Positions 42,750 through 44,803 of a stretch of 44,803 nt of DNA are shown in pieces (within the stretch, counting starts at the first letter, position 1; each line of letters opens with the position of its first letter). The DNA lies in the NCBI GenBank assembly GCA_023898565.1, contig CP060228.1, positions 906,930 through 951,732 of the forward strand, given 5' to 3'. The notes below the pieces were generated by a model. The model did not search any database and had not been told where the DNA came from. It worked only from the letters and a program-made list of their open reading frames with translations. This DNA is from Candidatus Nomurabacteria bacterium. GTDB taxonomy: Bacteria > Patescibacteriota > Minisyncoccia > Phycocordibacterales > UBA918. A program made the position numbers and the translations under genes.

Positions 42750-44615
42750 ATGCCACGTTCTTCAGGTAGTACAACAAAAGTAAAAAGTACAAAAACAACC
42801 GTTGCTAAAAAGAAAGCACCGGCAAAGCGCGCTGCGCGAAAAGCAGTTACTAGTAAGAAGCCATCAGCTGCTGCAATTGCAAATGTAGCAAAGAAAATCC
42901 AAAAGACCACCGACGTAAAACGTAACCCACTCGGTCACTTACTCATCGAAAAAACCCTGCGCGAAGCTGGCTTCCGCGGTGGTATTTCGACCAAAAAAGA
43001 CTTGCTTGATACCTACAGTACCGATGAGAGTATTTTCAGCATTCGACCACAGGTAGTACTCCAGCCAAAAAACCGCCGCGACGTTGAAATTGCAACTACC
43101 GTAGTCGGCAAAGAGACCAAACGCTTCGAATCTCTTTCACTTACCCCACGCGCAGCCGGGACTGGCCTTGGCGGCGGTTCACTCACCGACTCCATCGTGA
43201 TTGATGTCTGCGCTCACCTCCGCCACATTGGCGAAGTGGTTGAGAAGAAAGACAAAATCACCTTCACCTGTGAACCAGGCGCAATGTGGCGCGACGTCGA
43301 AAAGAAACTGAAAGAACATGATGCCTATCTCCCACCATACCCAGCTTCTAAGGATATTTGTAGTGTCGGCGGCTCAGTCGCCAACAACGCCGCTGGCCCT
43401 GACTCACTTCGCCATGGCCACTGTGCTGACTGGGTAGAATCACTGGATGTTGTACTACACGATGGACACACCTACACCATCAAGCCGCTTTCCTACCGTG
43501 AGTTCCAAGCACTCATCAAACAAGATCACGAGCATGCTCGTATCGCGCGCGAAGTATTTGAGCTCATCAAGAAAAATGAAAAAGAAATCCAAAAGAACAA
43601 GCCTGAAACCAAAAAGAATAGTGCTGGTTACCCACTCTGGAACGTGATGCCACAGGGTGTGACGAAGTTTAAGAAAGGTGAAGGCAGCTTCGATCTCACT
43701 CGCCTCATTTCTGGTAGTCAGGGCACTATCGGCATCATGACAAGCATCACCATGCGTGCGCTTCGTATTCCGAAGAACACCACGCTCATTGCTGTGCCTA
43801 TTTTCAATCTTGAAGATGCGGCTGATGCAATTGTAAAAGCACTTACGTTCAATCCGATCAATGTTGAAGTATTTGATGCACTCACTTTCGACCTAGCACT
43901 CCGCAATCCGAGCTTCTTCAAAGACCGACTCAGTGGCGCTGCGTACTACCGTGTCATGCTTTCAATGTACACCACGTACCACGTGCGATTCCGCCGTAAG
44001 ACACCAGAATTTACCGTGCTTATCACCCTCGATGAGGATACGACCGACGCCACCCCTGCCGCTGAAATTGCCGAGAGCATCAGTAGTAAGGGCGTGCGAG
44101 CACGTGTGGTAAACAATCCAGTCGAAGCAGAAATGTTCTGGCAGATTCGCCGCGCAAGCTACACCCTTTCTAAGTTCCAAGACACCACCAAGCGCCCAGC
44201 CGCTTTCCTTGAAGACATGACCGTTCCGCCAGAAAATCTCTCAAAGTTCTTCATTCAAGTAAAGGCACTTCTCAAGGAATTCAATGTCACTGCAGCAGTG
44301 CACGGGCACGGCGGCAACGGCCACTTCCACTTCTACCCGCTCTTAGACTTCACCAACAAGACCACCCCTGCCCTGGTAGAAAAGATGTCTGAAAAGTTCT
44401 TCAGCACAGCAGTAAAATTCCACGGCAACATCTGTGGTGAACACAACGACGGCATCATCCGCACCCCGCACCTCTCGAAGATGTTCTCAAAGAAAATGCT
44501 CGAACTCTTCAAAGAGACCGAAGCCCTTTTCGATCCAGACGACATCTTCAATCCTGGCAAGAAAGTAAATCCACGATTCGACATCAAGGAAAGCATGCGA
44601 ACAAGAAACAATTAA
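42750..44615 (+). CDS. FAD-linked oxidase (GlcD/D-lactate dehydrogenase-like) with Lys/Ala-rich N-terminal tail
   Basis: PCMH FAD-binding motif PRAAGTGLGGGS and C-terminal HGHGGNGHFH ... GEHNDG. ATG 42750 lies 7 nt after TATACT. Confidence 0.8.
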   Translation: MPRSSGSTTKVKSTKTTVAKKKAPAKRAARKAVTSKKPSAAAIANVAKKIQKTTDVKRNPLGHLLIEKTLREAGFRGGISTKKDLLDTYSTDESIFSIRPQVVLQPKNRRDVEIATTVVGKETKRFESLSLTPRAAGTGLGGGSLTDSIVIDVCAHLRHIGEVVEKKDKITFTCEPGAMWRDVEKKLKEHDAYLPPYPASKDICSVGGSVANNAAGPDSLRHGHCADWVESLDVVLHDGHTYTIKPLSYREFQALIKQDHEHARIAREVFELIKKNEKEIQKNKPETKKNSAGYPLWNVMPQGVTKFKKGEGSFDLTRLISGSQGTIGIMTSITMRALRIPKNTTLIAVPIFNLEDAADAIVKALTFNPINVEVFDALTFDLALRNPSFFKDRLSGAAYYRVMLSMYTTYHVRFRRKTPEFTVLITLDEDTTDATPAAEIAESISSKGVRARVVNNPVEAEMFWQIRRASYTLSKFQDTTKRPAAFLEDMTVPPENLSKFFIQVKALLKEFNVTAAVHGHGGNGHFHFYPLLDFTNKTTPALVEKMSEKFFSTAVKFHGNICGEHNDGIIRTPHLSKMFSKKMLELFKETEALFDPDDIFNPGKKVNPRFDIKESMRTRNN

Positions 44616-44619
44616 AATT

Positions 44620-44648
44620 AAAAAACTGCGCCAAGAGCGCAGTTTTTT
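44620..44648. terminator. Bidirectional-shaped terminator after the oxidase gene
   Basis: AAAAAACTGCGC-CAAGA-GCGCAGTTTTTT. Confidence 0.8.
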
Positions 44649-44700
44649 AATTGACTCCCCACCAACACCCCTTTCCTCTCTTTGGTTTTTTTGATATAAC

Positions 44701-44744
44701 TAGGGCCAAATTTATGGGCATCCGCCACCATAAATTTGGCCCTA
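44701..44744 (+). other. 17-bp perfect leader hairpin overlapping the first 7 nt of tRNA-Glu
   Basis: TAGGGCCAAATTTATGG (44701-44717) pairs with CCATAAATTTGGCCCTA (44728-44744). Confidence 0.6.
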
Positions 44745-44803
44745 TCGTCTAACGGCTAGGACACATGGTTCTCATCCATGAAATCGGGGTTCGATTCCCC
44801 GTA
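44738..44803 (+). tRNA. tRNA-Glu (anticodon CUC), 3' end cut by window edge
   Basis: Acceptor GGCCCTA, D-arm GTCT/AACGGCTA/GGAC, anticodon stem CATGG/CCATG with loop TTCTCAT, T-arm CGGGG-TTCGATT-CCCCG. The last roughly 7 nt are missing. Confidence 0.85.

Noticed and set aside
44701-44708. TAGGGCCA as a remnant tRNA 3' end or integration att site
   Set aside because: No T-arm-like sequence precedes it. The identity is limited to 8 nt and is explained by the hairpin with the tRNA 5' strand.

Overview
This is a gene-dense bacterial chromosome segment with moderate GC. TAA, TAG and TGA all act as stops. Most genes are housekeeping. In order: a 5'-truncated sensor histidine kinase, trpS, a T-box-controlled aspS, pepA, scpA-scpB, and a reduced cell-wall block (D-Ala-D-Ala carboxypeptidase, mraY, ftsW, murG) coupled to gltX and an M23 peptidase. 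Then gdhA, murI, an EVE-domain protein, DoxX, a lysozyme-like protein, an SPFH protein, a ROK kinase, pgi, a LOG-family protein and a DEDDh exonuclease. Then rpmA, a cyclophilin, rplI, an S41 protease, cysS, dnaB, recR, rplU, rmuC, yqeY and truB. Then a CaCA antiporter, a secreted MsrAB next to a glutaredoxin/CcdA-like fusion, an AlkA-like glycosylase, a YgjP-like metalloprotein, a short TspO, a Pif1/RecD-like helicase, an FAD-linked oxidase with a Lys/Ala-rich tail, and a truncated tRNA-Glu(CUC) at the 3' edge. The small tightly packed genes and reduced dcw cluster suggest a small-genome lineage such as CPR/Patescibacteria, but this is inference only. No rRNA, CRISPR array, transposase or recognisable defence operon is visible. 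The most unusual locus is an ORF-free gap of about 0.8 kb (15376-16197) between convergent genes. It contains a 496-bp unit bounded by perfect 14-bp inverted repeats, clustered GCGACATA iteron-like repeats, a strong hairpin and an AT-rich tract. Other notable items are a compact T-box leader on aspS, a 137-nt three-helix element closed by a 17-bp perfect stem between dnaB and recR, and a recurring TGnTAnnnT box 6-8 nt upstream of many ATG starts, which implies widespread leaderless mRNAs. Also notable are long structured leaders on gdhA and the lysozyme-like gene, an extracytoplasmic methionine-sulfoxide repair module, and a leader hairpin that sequesters the 5' acceptor strand of tRNA-Glu. 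All product calls rest on motif recognition by eye; no database search was run.
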